Positions 26,335 to 36,811 of a stretch of 64,000 bases of DNA are shown piece after piece (within the stretch, counting starts at the first letter, position 1; each line of letters begins with the position of its first letter). The notes below the pieces were generated by a model. That model was given only the letters and a program-made list of their open reading frames with translations. It searched no databases and had not been told where the DNA came from. Origin of the DNA: Bacteroidales bacterium. Lineage in GTDB: Bacteria; Bacteroidota; Bacteroidia; Bacteroidales; UBA3663. Location: NCBI GenBank assembly GCA_045545875.1, contig JAZQBS010000153.1:6530-70529 (forward strand), in the 5' to 3' direction. A program made the position numbers and the translations under genes.

Positions 26335-26380
26335 TAGCTATAGTGGCAATTGTAACTATATTTACTATAGTGAATATAAA

Positions 26381-26419
26381 ATAATCCCCTCCATTTCCTC
26401 AAAAAATGGAGGGGATTAT
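26381..26419. terminator. Bidirectional terminator hairpin (14-bp stem ATAATCCCCTCCAT / ATGGAGGGGATTAT)
   Basis: Lies between convergent genes and is flanked by A/T runs. Confidence 0.7.
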
Positions 26420-26434
26420 TTTGTGAAAAGGGTA

Positions 26435-28213
26435 TTAATGCCACTCCTTAGTGACCTTATCGCCACGAATAACGACGTTCAGGCCATGAACGGGTGATTC
26501 GGAAAGGCGACCTGAAGCATCGTAATAGCGGGGAGCTACACCATCGGACGAAATAGAGCGAATGCCTTCGTCGCCATTGCCAAACTGAGCAGCCGTGATG
26601 GCCATGGCATTGGCAACTTCGCACTTTGTCTTGTCGTTGGGATCGTAGTCGTGAACGAAGGCAATAATGCCGAGATTCTCAAAGACGTAGTTCTGGTTAT
26701 AGGGGATGACGCACTCATAAGTATAGTCGTCACCCTCCCACTCCAACACATCACCCCAGGTGCTATTGACACGACGACCCACATTGATGTGGATATACTC
26801 GCCAGCAGCTCCAGCCTGATTGATGGCAGCGAGATTGGTCTCATAGAGGATGACCGTGATGCGAGCAGGATTGATGGTGAAATCCTCCTTGGCACGTTGA
26901 CCGGTGACACGCACCTTGAGCTGTAGATTCTCCTCGTCGGTCTCTGCAGTGATCTTGAGGCTGACGAAAGCCGTCTCGTGTAAACGCTCACGGATGAGGG
27001 AATACATCTCCTGCTTACTGCCAGGATTGCTGACTGGTGTGATTTCGCCAGGCTGTGCATGACGATTGTACATCACGGCAGGGGCATACTGATTGTCGTA
27101 GAACCAACACCAATCGTTATCGAAGCGAGTGGTGAAATTGTCGGTATAGTATCCGGCATGATGCTCGGTAGTAATCAGTCGGCCTGCAAACTCCGGTTCG
27201 TTAAGCGCATCATGGATGTAACTGGCCACGCGTGGACAATTGACACACTTCTCGGTGGTGAACTCTTCGAGCAGGACATTGCGGACGAAGCTGTGAAGTG
27301 TCACGCCAAAGGTACCTGTCATCGAGTTGTCGCTCATATTCTCGTCCTGACCCTCAACGAGGTTGTCGATGGTAAGCGTGAGCGTACGCTGAGCAGGCTC
27401 CATGCTTTGAATGCCAGGGAAATTGGCCGCGAGTTTCACTGTCTTGACTTCACCGTATGCGATGACCGAATCACAGTGAACAGAGTAGGTGTCGGCAATG
27501 CCTTCGATAGCACAAAGCACGTCGAAGCCTGTGATTGTCACCGTAGCATTGTTGCGCACCTGCAAAGTGAAGTTGAACGTTCCTTCATCGACCACGAAGT
27601 TCTTTTGAAGCGTTGCAGCTTCAAGTGTGAGGTCGTACTTGGGAAGATTGTCACCGTAGAAGACGGCTTCGACACAGGTGGTATAGTTGTCACTGTGGTC
27701 GGTCCACTCATCACTGCCAGACTGCACGAAGCACGAGAGACCTGGCACACCTTGTTCCAAGGCACTCATGGCCTTGCTGGTGCTCTTCTGATGATAGGAA
27801 TAGCCGATATAGAGCGCACCTGTCTCAGCCGTGATGGCAAGAGGCTTATCGAGCGTGACATCGTTCCAATTCTTCGAGACACTCTCGGCAGTACCTTCTG
27901 CAAGGTTTTCACCATTGAGGTCACTACGCACCCAAACGCGAAGTTCATCGACATTGAGTTTGGAAGCAAGTGCTGCACTGACTTCACGCAGTTCATTGCC
28001 CTCGAACATCTTCACCTTTTCGGCGGAAAGAAGGATAGCTGTACTTGTCCAAGTGTCCTTCTGCGTGGAGACATTGGCGAAATACTCGTCAGCCGTCGAG
28101 GGGAAAGGACCCATCTCACCCTGGCAATAACCTACATGGAAGCCCGATGTCTGAGCATTGCCCACCCCGATAAGGGTGAGCAATGAAGTTAGGATTAACG
28201 TAATACGTTTCAT
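26435..28213 (-). CDS. T9SS-secreted protein with Omp28-related/thioredoxin-like region and C-terminal sorting domain
   Basis: Signal peptide, ...LLEEFTTEKCVNCPRVA... and the tail ...YYDASGRLSESPVHGLNVVIRGDKVTKEWH. Confidence 0.6.
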   Translation of the reverse strand: MKRITLILTSLLTLIGVGNAQTSGFHVGYCQGEMGPFPSTADEYFANVSTQKDTWTSTAILLSAEKVKMFEGNELREVSAALASKLNVDELRVWVRSDLNGENLAEGTAESVSKNWNDVTLDKPLAITAETGALYIGYSYHQKSTSKAMSALEQGVPGLSCFVQSGSDEWTDHSDNYTTCVEAVFYGDNLPKYDLTLEAATLQKNFVVDEGTFNFTLQVRNNATVTITGFDVLCAIEGIADTYSVHCDSVIAYGEVKTVKLAANFPGIQSMEPAQRTLTLTIDNLVEGQDENMSDNSMTGTFGVTLHSFVRNVLLEEFTTEKCVNCPRVASYIHDALNEPEFAGRLITTEHHAGYYTDNFTTRFDNDWCWFYDNQYAPAVMYNRHAQPGEITPVSNPGSKQEMYSLIRERLHETAFVSLKITAETDEENLQLKVRVTGQRAKEDFTINPARITVILYETNLAAINQAGAAGEYIHINVGRRVNSTWGDVLEWEGDDYTYECVIPYNQNYVFENLGIIAFVHDYDPNDKTKCEVANAMAITAAQFGNGDEGIRSISSDGVAPRYYDASGRLSESPVHGLNVVIRGDKVTKEWH

Positions 28214-28223
28214 TACTCAAAGA

Positions 28224-31200
28224 TTACTTCATAACCTTCTGAACGCTGACACTGCCATCAACATTGTTCTTGCGAACGATGTTGATGCCATTGATCATAC
28301 CGTTCACCTTGCGACCATCAACAGTGTAGATCTGTACGGCCTTAGGAGCCTCGACAGCATCGATGCTGCGGATGGCATCGGGCTGCTGAACGTGAACTAT
28401 GTTAACGTCGTCAAGACGAATGATATACTGACCGTTGCAGTCATGGTGACGGAACAAGAGCACGATATCCTTACCCATGTAGTCAGCCATGTCGAATTCG
28501 CGATACTGCCAGCCGTCCATAGCGCCAGCCTCTTCGGTGAGAGTCTCGCTGCAAACAGGATCGGTGAGAGCCACCTGCTGGATGTCGAGGCCAGCCTCGG
28601 CGTCGTACTCGGCAATGTAGAGGCTGTAATGCTCTGCCCAACGGCTTGGGCTAAAGGCAGCTATGTAGTAAGAAAGTGTTGCACTACCGTCAGCGGGCAT
28701 AGAGATAATTGGTGAAAGGGTCCAGTTGTCGGGCTCGATAGCACCAAGATAGTTGCTGTAAGAAATGGAAGCAAGGCACTGTCCGCCGCTGTGGCAGTAC
28801 TCGGGACGATCGCCCCAGAGGTTAGAGCCAAGGTTCCAGGTCTCGCCGTCGCCATCAGGATCGGCAGCGGTCCAACCTGTTGCATCGTCCTCGAAGTCAC
28901 CAAGCAAGATGAAGCCTTCTGCAGCAGGGTCAAGAGCTGTGCCGTGGCAGATAACTTCTACATCACCAGCGCTGGTGGTGATAGTTACCTTGCCATCATA
29001 AGTACCAGCCTCCTCGGGATAGAACCAGAGGGTGACATCAACGGTCTTGTTGAACTGAGCAGTATTAGTGGTTTCAATGCCATAGAAGGGAGCTTCACCA
29101 GTGATTTCACCTACGCTGAGGACGTTCGAACCCGTATTATGGAGGGTTACGGTGGCTGTCTTATAACGGTTAGGACCTACATAGGTGTCCTCGAAGGTTA
29201 CTTCAGGATTGAGCACCTCAACACCATACTCGTTGAAGTCCTGGACCTTGATGCGGATGTTGGAAATCTCCACCTTATCACCCTCGGGCACAGTGCCATC
29301 ACCATTGTGGTACCAGCCCCACTGATAATAGTGGTTGCCTGGGATACATGCGAGGTAGTCGGCCCAGAACGGATCGTTGGCAAAGACATCGGAGCTGGCA
29401 TCCGCACCATCGGAACCATAAGCCATCTTCGAACCAGAAGTCATGGGGTGAGAGATGTTGTAAGTAGCATAGCTGCTGTACTGGTATTCGTACGAACCCT
29501 CGACGATTGTGCGTCCCCACATCTTACCATCCCAAGAAACATAGGCAAGCTTACCCTCGGGGATGGTGAGGTTCATCTGGAAGTAGGCAGTGGAGTAAAC
29601 ACTGTTGTCGCCAGCATTCTTGTTGGTGGCCTTTCCATCGACGATGACGAATGGATCGGATTCGTTCATTGTCCATGAAGTAATATACTCAGCACCCTCA
29701 ACCACTAGGCTTGCAAAGTCGGGCATATCCATCACACTGGCTGTTACCTGAGCAGTGAACGTACCTGCAGAAGTTACGATGGTGTAAGTAGCAGCCTTTT
29801 CGCCAGAAGTCTTTGCCTCCATTGCGATCGGGATGTTGACCTCCTGCATCGTAGCAGCTTCGGTAAGGCCACTGATGTCGGCTGTGAACTCTTCATTGTC
29901 GGAAGTGACGCTGGAGATGGTAAGGGCATTAGCGCCGAGGTTCTTGATAGTAATGACGCCATTCTTCGTCACAGTGCCATCCACGGGAAGGATAGCGTTA
30001 CCAAGAGATACCTCAGGAGTGAGGACTGCAGCAGAGTCGGCATTGAGCGTAGCCTCAGTATATTCAATGTCATAGACATAGAGACGGTTCTCAGCGAGGC
30101 CAGAGAAATAATTTCCATCGTACTGGAAACGGATGAAGTGCTCGCCGGGAGCGAACTCCCAATTACCTGACATGTCTTCGTCTGCACCAGTGAAGGAAGC
30201 CTTGGCCCCATTGAGGGTATCGATAAAGTAACCGCCGGCGTTATAGTACCAGTAGCTGACATTGTTTGAAACACCCTTCCAGGCTACTGTAGCGAGCTTG
30301 CCCTCGGGAACGGAGAAAGCAAGGTTGAGCCATGACGAGCCGTAAGCACCATAGGTGGTAGAAGTGGCGACAGTGGTACCATCCTCGAGGGTCACGATCT
30401 CAAACGGATATTCAATGCCTGTAGTAGCGGTGAAGTTGCCGCTCTTGATGACAGCGCTGTAGTCGGGATAATCCTTGGCAGAACCAGCGAGATCAACAAC
30501 GAGGGTAGATTCGCCTGTACCATTATCATAAGTAATGGTAACAATGCCTTCATAAGAGCCGGCCTTGTTAGCAAGGAAATCGAACGAGAGGTCGAGTGTA
30601 CCCTGAGCAGGAACTGTGCCTCCAGTCACAGTAGAGGTGAATGCATCGTCCTCAGCCTCGAGTTCAATGACGAAGTCAGCATCCTTACCACCAGTGTTGA
30701 TGAGCTGGAAGCCCTTGGTAGAAGATGTGCCGACGAAGCACTCGCCAAAGTCAATCGACTCGGTGAAGGTGATGACATTGGCCACCTCAGGATTAGGCAG
30801 CACAGCTGCGAACGACTTATAAACGCGGATGTTGCCGTAGTCGTATTTTGCGAGGAAAGAAGTACGGCTGGTAATCGATGAGATGGTGCCGTCCTCGTTG
30901 ACCGTAAGGTCGAAGACGAGTTCCTCGGCAGGAGTCAATGTGCCAGTTTCGCTCACCGTGCCAGCGAGCAACATAGCGGTGTAGTAGCCGCCCATGTAGT
31001 TGCCACAAGCCACACCAGTGGTGCCGGTAGCGATGGTGATGGTCTTTGCATCGGCATCATAAACACCATCGACAGGATAGTCGTACGACTGATAGTAAGA
31101 ACCGGCCGAAGCAGCCAGCATGTCGAAGAGGTTGGAGAACGTAGCCTTGGTGCCATCGAGCGCAAGGCCGACGTTATAGGTGAAGATGTCTCCACCCTCG

Positions 31201-31499
31201 TAGTTGAAAGTGTAGCCGTTATGGAAGGACTGTGCTACGGCAAAGTAGGACACAGTATCTACATCGGCGGCTTCGAGACGAGCCAAAGGAGCACGACGGG
31301 CGGGACGAGCAGCTGCAGGAGCAGCGCCATCGAACAAGCCATCGACAGTGTTTGGAGTGGCCAGGAAGGTCACATCACTGGGGTTGAGAGTTGCTTTCAA
31401 CTCTGCAGCATTAACTTTCTGCTGGGGGACGAGCTTCTGCGCATCAGCAGTAGCTGTCAGACAGAGAACGGTTGCCAAAGGGAGTAAGATTCTCTTCAT
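28224..31499 (-). CDS. Large multidomain T9SS cargo protein (Ig-like choice-of-anchor-type repeats, DGDGETW region, C-terminal sorting domain)
   Basis: The ATG at 31499 gives the signal peptide MKRILLPLATVLCLTATADAQ. There are three similar Ig-like modules and the tail ...IYTVDGRKVNGMINGINIVRKNNVDGSVSVQKVMK. Confidence 0.75.
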   Translation of the reverse strand: MKRILLPLATVLCLTATADAQKLVPQQKVNAAELKATLNPSDVTFLATPNTVDGLFDGAAPAAARPARRAPLARLEAADVDTVSYFAVAQSFHNGYTFNYEGGDIFTYNVGLALDGTKATFSNLFDMLAASAGSYYQSYDYPVDGVYDADAKTITIATGTTGVACGNYMGGYYTAMLLAGTVSETGTLTPAEELVFDLTVNEDGTISSITSRTSFLAKYDYGNIRVYKSFAAVLPNPEVANVITFTESIDFGECFVGTSSTKGFQLINTGGKDADFVIELEAEDDAFTSTVTGGTVPAQGTLDLSFDFLANKAGSYEGIVTITYDNGTGESTLVVDLAGSAKDYPDYSAVIKSGNFTATTGIEYPFEIVTLEDGTTVATSTTYGAYGSSWLNLAFSVPEGKLATVAWKGVSNNVSYWYYNAGGYFIDTLNGAKASFTGADEDMSGNWEFAPGEHFIRFQYDGNYFSGLAENRLYVYDIEYTEATLNADSAAVLTPEVSLGNAILPVDGTVTKNGVITIKNLGANALTISSVTSDNEEFTADISGLTEAATMQEVNIPIAMEAKTSGEKAATYTIVTSAGTFTAQVTASVMDMPDFASLVVEGAEYITSWTMNESDPFVIVDGKATNKNAGDNSVYSTAYFQMNLTIPEGKLAYVSWDGKMWGRTIVEGSYEYQYSSYATYNISHPMTSGSKMAYGSDGADASSDVFANDPFWADYLACIPGNHYYQWGWYHNGDGTVPEGDKVEISNIRIKVQDFNEYGVEVLNPEVTFEDTYVGPNRYKTATVTLHNTGSNVLSVGEITGEAPFYGIETTNTAQFNKTVDVTLWFYPEEAGTYDGKVTITTSAGDVEVICHGTALDPAAEGFILLGDFEDDATGWTAADPDGDGETWNLGSNLWGDRPEYCHSGGQCLASISYSNYLGAIEPDNWTLSPIISMPADGSATLSYYIAAFSPSRWAEHYSLYIAEYDAEAGLDIQQVALTDPVCSETLTEEAGAMDGWQYREFDMADYMGKDIVLLFRHHDCNGQYIIRLDDVNIVHVQQPDAIRSIDAVEAPKAVQIYTVDGRKVNGMINGINIVRKNNVDGSVSVQKVMK

Positions 31500-31729
31500 G
31501 TTGTGTAAGAATAAAAATGTGAATAAAAAGATGAATTCAATGCTGCAAAAGTAGTCAATTTGGACGATTAATGCAAAAAAAGTGGCTTTTGGATTCGACA
31601 TTTTCAAGAAATTGAATAAAAAAAGATGGATTTCGGTTGATTTTTGCGTACTTTGCTTACAGAATATGGAAAAAATGTGTAACTTTGCCAAAGATTCAGG
31701 GACTAAAACTGCCCCTCGTAAGCTAAATA

Positions 31730-33271
31730 ATGAAGAAAGCGCTCCTTGCACTATTGACTTGCATCTGTCTTTTGCCTCCGTTGTGTGCCATGACGCACAG
31801 CGAAGATGCTGACAGTCTCGTCAATGCTGCCCATCATTATTATAGCGAATACCGTTATATGGATGCGCTGGACGCGCTGGCCAAGGCTGTAGAAAGGGCC
31901 GATGCCACCAGCAATGAGATTGCCATGGAGAAAGCGCTTCTTTCGATCGGCAACATCCATTCGATGTTCAACGACTACGAGCAGGCTTTGCACTACTATA
32001 CGCAATGCTACAACAAGGCCCAAAACGCGGGCAATGAATTGATGCGCTCACGTGCGGGTGCCAATATGCTGATGTGCTACTGCATGATGGGCGATGCCAA
32101 CGAGGCACAAAAGTGCTACGACAAATTAGGATCATTAGATATGGAGGATCCTAATCTGACACGCTTCTACAATTATCTTAATCAAGGATTACTCGCACGT
32201 GTGCGCAAAGATCTTCATGCAGCCATCTTTATGCACACACAGGCACTCGACTATGCCCGCAACCATGAGATGGACGGGCATTTTGCAGTTTCACAAATGG
32301 GGCAACTGGGCACACTCGAAGAGGAACTTGGCAACGAAAAGCAGGCCATTGACTGGTATCTGCAATGCGAGAAGCTTTCGAAGGAAGGTGGCTATATGAG
32401 CCCACTCGTTACCGCCTATGAGAAACTATCAAACCTCTATCGCAAGCAGCACAACGACAGCGCATCGATGCGCTACCAGCGACTATTCGTCAGCCTTTCC
32501 GACTCGCTCTTCAACGAACGCGAATTCAATAGCAAGCGAGGGCGCATCGTCGATTATGAGACGCAGCACAATATCCTTGAGATAAGTTCGCTCAATAGCC
32601 GCAACCGCACGCTCATAGCCGTCATCGTCCTTTTCGCACTTATGCTGGTAGCGCTCATCGTTTTGATCAGCTATATCTTCCGACAGAATCGAGAACTTGT
32701 ATCTACACAACGACTGCTCATCGAGAAGCACAACGAACTGAACAAGCAACTTGAGATGCAGAACAGGTTGAGCGATGAATACTTCAAGGCTCCTGCCCCA
32801 TCAGATTCCCAAGCCAATCCACTAACGGAAGCTGCCAACGACAGAGACAAGAATGAATTGAGTGACAACGCCATGGACGAGGAGAGCTACGAAAGCGCAG
32901 CGCCACTGCTTAGCAAGCAACAGTCAGACATGCTGCTCATTGCCATCGCCAAGGTCATGGAGGACAGTCACACCATCAGTGACCCCGACTTCGGGCTGCA
33001 GACGCTGGCCAATCTGGTAGGTTCGAATACGAAATATGTGTCATGGGCCATCAATGCGACCTATGGCAAGAACTTCAAGACCTACTTGAACGAATACCGC
33101 ATTAGAGAAGCCTCACGCCGACTGGCAGACACCGAGAAATATGGCAATCCCACCATGGCTGTGCTTGCCGAACAACTTGGCTACAAATCGCCCACCAGCT
33201 TCAACCAGGCGTTCAAGCGCATACTGGGCATGACTCCTGCTGCCTATCAAAAACTCATCCGTCAACAATAA
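31730..33271 (+). CDS. Membrane-anchored TPR-repeat regulator with C-terminal AraC-type HTH
   Basis: Signal/anchor, TPR-like repeats, TM segment LIAVIVLFALMLVALIVLISYIF, and C-terminal ...EQLGYKSPTSFNQAFKRILGMTPAAYQ. A TAACTTTG box lies near 31680. Confidence 0.8.
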   Translation: MKKALLALLTCICLLPPLCAMTHSEDADSLVNAAHHYYSEYRYMDALDALAKAVERADATSNEIAMEKALLSIGNIHSMFNDYEQALHYYTQCYNKAQNAGNELMRSRAGANMLMCYCMMGDANEAQKCYDKLGSLDMEDPNLTRFYNYLNQGLLARVRKDLHAAIFMHTQALDYARNHEMDGHFAVSQMGQLGTLEEELGNEKQAIDWYLQCEKLSKEGGYMSPLVTAYEKLSNLYRKQHNDSASMRYQRLFVSLSDSLFNEREFNSKRGRIVDYETQHNILEISSLNSRNRTLIAVIVLFALMLVALIVLISYIFRQNRELVSTQRLLIEKHNELNKQLEMQNRLSDEYFKAPAPSDSQANPLTEAANDRDKNELSDNAMDEESYESAAPLLSKQQSDMLLIAIAKVMEDSHTISDPDFGLQTLANLVGSNTKYVSWAINATYGKNFKTYLNEYRIREASRRLADTEKYGNPTMAVLAEQLGYKSPTSFNQAFKRILGMTPAAYQKLIRQQ

Positions 33272-33301
33272 ACACACTATTTTTCAATACAGTTAAACGA
33301 C

Positions 33302-35053
33302 ATGAACAGAACTATCACATCACTTGTGGGCGCCATTGCCTTGACACTTGGCATGACTGCGACCATGCAAGCCCAGGCACCTTCGAAGACCTGGAACCCT
33401 AACATCAAGAACGGTATGTACAAGAATCCGGTGATCGATGCCGACTACTCAGACCCCGATGTATGCCGTGTGGGCAATGACTACTACATGACATCGTCGT
33501 CGTTTGCCTGCTTCCCTGGCCTGCAAATCCTCCACAGCACCGACCTGGTGAACTGGGAGCTCATCGGACATGCTTTGACCGAAGATTATCCCGTTCTCCC
33601 GGAATATGAAGGCACCGACCTCGACTGGCACAAGAAGATCCAGCACGGCAACTATGTGTGGGCTCCCGCCATTCGTTATCACGACGGGTGGTTCTACATC
33701 TATTGTGGCGACCCCGACCAAGGTCTTTTCATGACCAAGACACAAGACCCTGCAGGTACATGGGAGCCTATCGTCTGGGTGAAGAAGGGCAAGGGACTGA
33801 TTGACTGCTGCCCCCTGTGGGACGAAGACGGCAAGGCCTACCTATCGCATGGTTGTGCCGGTTCGCGTGCAGGCGTGAAATCCATCCTGTTTGTAGCGCC
33901 TATGTCGCCCGATGGAACCAAGGTAATCGGGCCTTCGCGTGTAGTTTATGACGGACACGAGGACCAGCCCACCATCGAGGGCACGAAATTCTACAAGCGC
34001 AACGGTTACTACTACATCTTCAGCCCCGCTGGTGGCGTGAAGTACGGATGGCAAGTGGAACTCCGCAGCCGCAGTCCCTTCGGTCCCTATGAGGAGTATG
34101 TGGGCCTGGCTCAAGGCAAGTCGAAGGTCAATGGCCCTCACCAGGGCGCTTGGGTCGACACGCAGAACGGCGAAGACTGGTTCCTCCACTTCCAGGACAA
34201 GCATGCCTACGGACGCGTGGTACATCTGCAGCCTGCACGCTGGGTAAACGACTGGCTCGTGATCGGCGAGGACAAGGATGGTGACGGATGCGGCGATGCC
34301 GTGGCACAATGGAAGAAACCCAACCTTCCCTCTTCGGGCGAGTTCCAACCTGTTGAGGACGACGAGTTCGACGCTCCCGAACTAGGACTGCAATGGCAAT
34401 TTGAAGGCCCTTACAGCCACTATTGGTACTTCTGCGATGCCAACAAGAGCAAACTACGCCTCTACGGAGTACAGCGTCCTGACGGCTTCAAGAACCTCTC
34501 AGACCTGCAGAACGCCCTACTCCAGAAGTTCCCCACCGAGAACTTCACGGCCACGGCCAAGATGCAGTTCATCCCCAATCCCGAATACAAGGACAAGGGT
34601 GAAGAGGGCGGCTTCATCATCAAGGGACAGGACTACGCAGCGCTCAAGATTGTCAGCATCAGCGACGGCTGCGAACTACGCTACGTCACCTGCGCGGATG
34701 CGATGAAAGGCAAGGCCGAGAATATCGAGAAACGCGTGGAATTGAAGATGTCGAAGATGAAAGCGCCCTACACGCAGAAGTATGCCGTCGATGACATCCC
34801 ACAGCCCCGTATGGCTACGCAGGACGTCTATGTACGCGTCACAGTGAAGAGCGAAGGCACCGGCAATGCCATCAAGTCGAAGGCACAATTCTACTACAGC
34901 TTCGACGGCAAGAAATACAAGAAAATCGGTGACGAATTCACCGTGAAGGAAGGCCGCTGGATCGGTGCGAAACTCGGTTTCTACAATTCCCGTCCCGGCG
35001 TGAAGAACGACGGTGCCTTCCTTGACATTGACTGGATCAGATTCGAAAAGTAA
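33302..35053 (+). CDS. GH43 family glycoside hydrolase (beta-xylosidase/alpha-L-arabinofuranosidase type) with C-terminal beta-sandwich domain
   Basis: Motif ...NPVIDADYSDPDVCRVGNDYYMTSSSF... and the propeller pattern. Confidence 0.85.
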   Translation: MNRTITSLVGAIALTLGMTATMQAQAPSKTWNPNIKNGMYKNPVIDADYSDPDVCRVGNDYYMTSSSFACFPGLQILHSTDLVNWELIGHALTEDYPVLPEYEGTDLDWHKKIQHGNYVWAPAIRYHDGWFYIYCGDPDQGLFMTKTQDPAGTWEPIVWVKKGKGLIDCCPLWDEDGKAYLSHGCAGSRAGVKSILFVAPMSPDGTKVIGPSRVVYDGHEDQPTIEGTKFYKRNGYYYIFSPAGGVKYGWQVELRSRSPFGPYEEYVGLAQGKSKVNGPHQGAWVDTQNGEDWFLHFQDKHAYGRVVHLQPARWVNDWLVIGEDKDGDGCGDAVAQWKKPNLPSSGEFQPVEDDEFDAPELGLQWQFEGPYSHYWYFCDANKSKLRLYGVQRPDGFKNLSDLQNALLQKFPTENFTATAKMQFIPNPEYKDKGEEGGFIIKGQDYAALKIVSISDGCELRYVTCADAMKGKAENIEKRVELKMSKMKAPYTQKYAVDDIPQPRMATQDVYVRVTVKSEGTGNAIKSKAQFYYSFDGKKYKKIGDEFTVKEGRWIGAKLGFYNSRPGVKNDGAFLDIDWIRFEK

Positions 35054-36544
35054 ATGAACGCAACACTGGTACTGGGCGTCATCGTCCTTTACTTCCTGAT
35101 GGTGTTCGGCGTCAGCTGGTGGACTACCCGCCGACGTGACCGCGACACCGAAACCTTCTATCGTGGCGATCGCAAGAGCCCCTGGTGGGTGGTGGCGATT
35201 GCCATGATTGGTACATCTATCTCGGGCGTGACCTATGTGAGTGTGCCCGGCATGGTCGAGGCGAAGCAGATGAGCTACATCCAAATGGTGATCGGTTTCG
35301 TCTGCGGCTATTTTGCCGTGGCATATATCCTTCTGCCCCTCTACTATCGCCTTGGTCTTTCGAGCATCTACGTCTATCTGGAACAGCGCTACGGGCGCTA
35401 TGCCCACAAGACGGGTGCTGCCTTCTTCCTCCTGAGCAAATATCTCGGCTGCGCGGTCAGGATGTACCTCACAGCTGTCGTACTGCAACTTGTGCTCTTT
35501 GACCAACTGGGCGTACCCTTCGGCCTATCGGTGGCCTGCATCATGCTCATCGTCTGGTTGTACTCGTTCCGTGGCGGTGTGAAAACACTCGTCTGGACCG
35601 ACCTGCTTCAAACCCTCTGCCTACTGGCAGCTATGATTGGCTTTGTGATTTGCATCAGTTCGGCCATGGGATTGGACTTCAAGGGACTGTGTGGCACTAT
35701 AGCCGAAAGCCCGATGTCGAGGGTGTGGTTCTTCGACGATGCCAACGACACGCGCTACTTCTGGAAGCAGTTCCTGGGCGGCATGTTCACGACCATCGCC
35801 ATGACGGGTCTGGACCAGGACATGATGCAGAAGAACCTCTCGTGCAAATCGCTGAAAGAGGCTCAGAAGAACATGGTCTCGTACGGCTTCGGATTCCTAC
35901 CCGTCAACATCATCTTCCTTTCGCTGGGTATATTATTATATATGTACGCGCGAGAAGTGGGCGTTGACAAGAGCGGAGACGAGCTCTTCCCATATCTTGC
36001 GACAGGCATCAATCCAACCACGGGACAGCCCTTCCTACCCCTCATCGTGAGTGTGCTCTTCGTCCTGGGACTGGTTGCCGCCGCCTTCTCGTCGGCAGGA
36101 TCGGCAGTGACAGCGCTGACGACAGCCATCATGGTGGACTTCCTGCGCAAAGCGCCCAGTGGGGAAGGTTCGAATGGTTTGAGGGGTTCGATAGAAGGCA
36201 AACGTTTCTGGGTGCACATCATCAACTCCATCATGATGGGATTCATGATCTACCTTTTCCATCTGCTGGCATCGGGCTCGGTCATCAACGCCGTCTATGT
36301 TGTGGCATCCTACACCTATGGTCCGCTCATCGGACTCTTCTTCTTCGGTATGTTCACGAAGTGCAAGGTGAAGGACGGATGGTGGATACCGATGATCTGC
36401 ATCGCTTCGCCCCTACTCTGCTGGATTCTCGACCAAAACTCCGAAGCGTGGTTCAATGGTTATAAAATCGGCTACGAGATGCTGCTGATCAATGGAGCAC
36501 TGACAGCGTTAGGACTGCTGGTTGCTTCGATGAGAAAGAACTGA
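35054..36544 (+). CDS. Sodium:solute symporter (SSS) family transporter
   Basis: About 13 TM segments with SSS-type N-terminal region. The ATG follows the GH43 stop directly. Confidence 0.8.
   Translation: MNATLVLGVIVLYFLMVFGVSWWTTRRRDRDTETFYRGDRKSPWWVVAIAMIGTSISGVTYVSVPGMVEAKQMSYIQMVIGFVCGYFAVAYILLPLYYRLGLSSIYVYLEQRYGRYAHKTGAAFFLLSKYLGCAVRMYLTAVVLQLVLFDQLGVPFGLSVACIMLIVWLYSFRGGVKTLVWTDLLQTLCLLAAMIGFVICISSAMGLDFKGLCGTIAESPMSRVWFFDDANDTRYFWKQFLGGMFTTIAMTGLDQDMMQKNLSCKSLKEAQKNMVSYGFGFLPVNIIFLSLGILLYMYAREVGVDKSGDELFPYLATGINPTTGQPFLPLIVSVLFVLGLVAAAFSSAGSAVTALTTAIMVDFLRKAPSGEGSNGLRGSIEGKRFWVHIINSIMMGFMIYLFHLLASGSVINAVYVVASYTYGPLIGLFFFGMFTKCKVKDGWWIPMICIASPLLCWILDQNSEAWFNGYKIGYEMLLINGALTALGLLVASMRKN
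36167..36193. repeat. 3 x 9-bp GGTT(C/T)GANN units in-frame inside the SSS transporter gene
   Basis: GGTTCGAAT GGTTTGAGG GGTTCGATA encodes ...GSNGLRGSI... in a predicted loop. Confidence 0.6.
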
Positions 36545-36569
36545 AAAAACATTTCATACAGATAAAATG

Positions 36570-36599
36570 AACGACCTTACTTTCGCAAGCAAGGTCGTT
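36570..36599 (+). terminator. Terminator hairpin AACGACCTT-ACTTTCGCAAGC-AAGGTCGTT followed by T-rich sequence
   Basis: A 9-bp stem 26 bp after the stop at 36544. Confidence 0.65.
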
Positions 36600-36636
36600 T
36601 TCGTGATTTACCATTAAATCCCTTTTATATTATGGG

Positions 36637-36709
<73 letters not shown>

Positions 36710-36731
36710 AATATTCGCTCAAAAGCGGGTG

Positions 36732-36763
36732 CAAAGATAGCGTATTTTTATTATATCTCCAAA
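36732..36763 (-). promoter_or_regulatory. Promoter of tRNA-Thr (TTTG-N20-TATCTTTG on minus strand)
   Basis: CAAAGATA at 36732-36739 and CAAA at 36760-36763 on the plus strand. Confidence 0.6.
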
Positions 36764-36811
36764 TTTTTTGAAAAGAATTTGTCTTTTGAAGCGAAAATTC
36801 AACGTTTTTGC

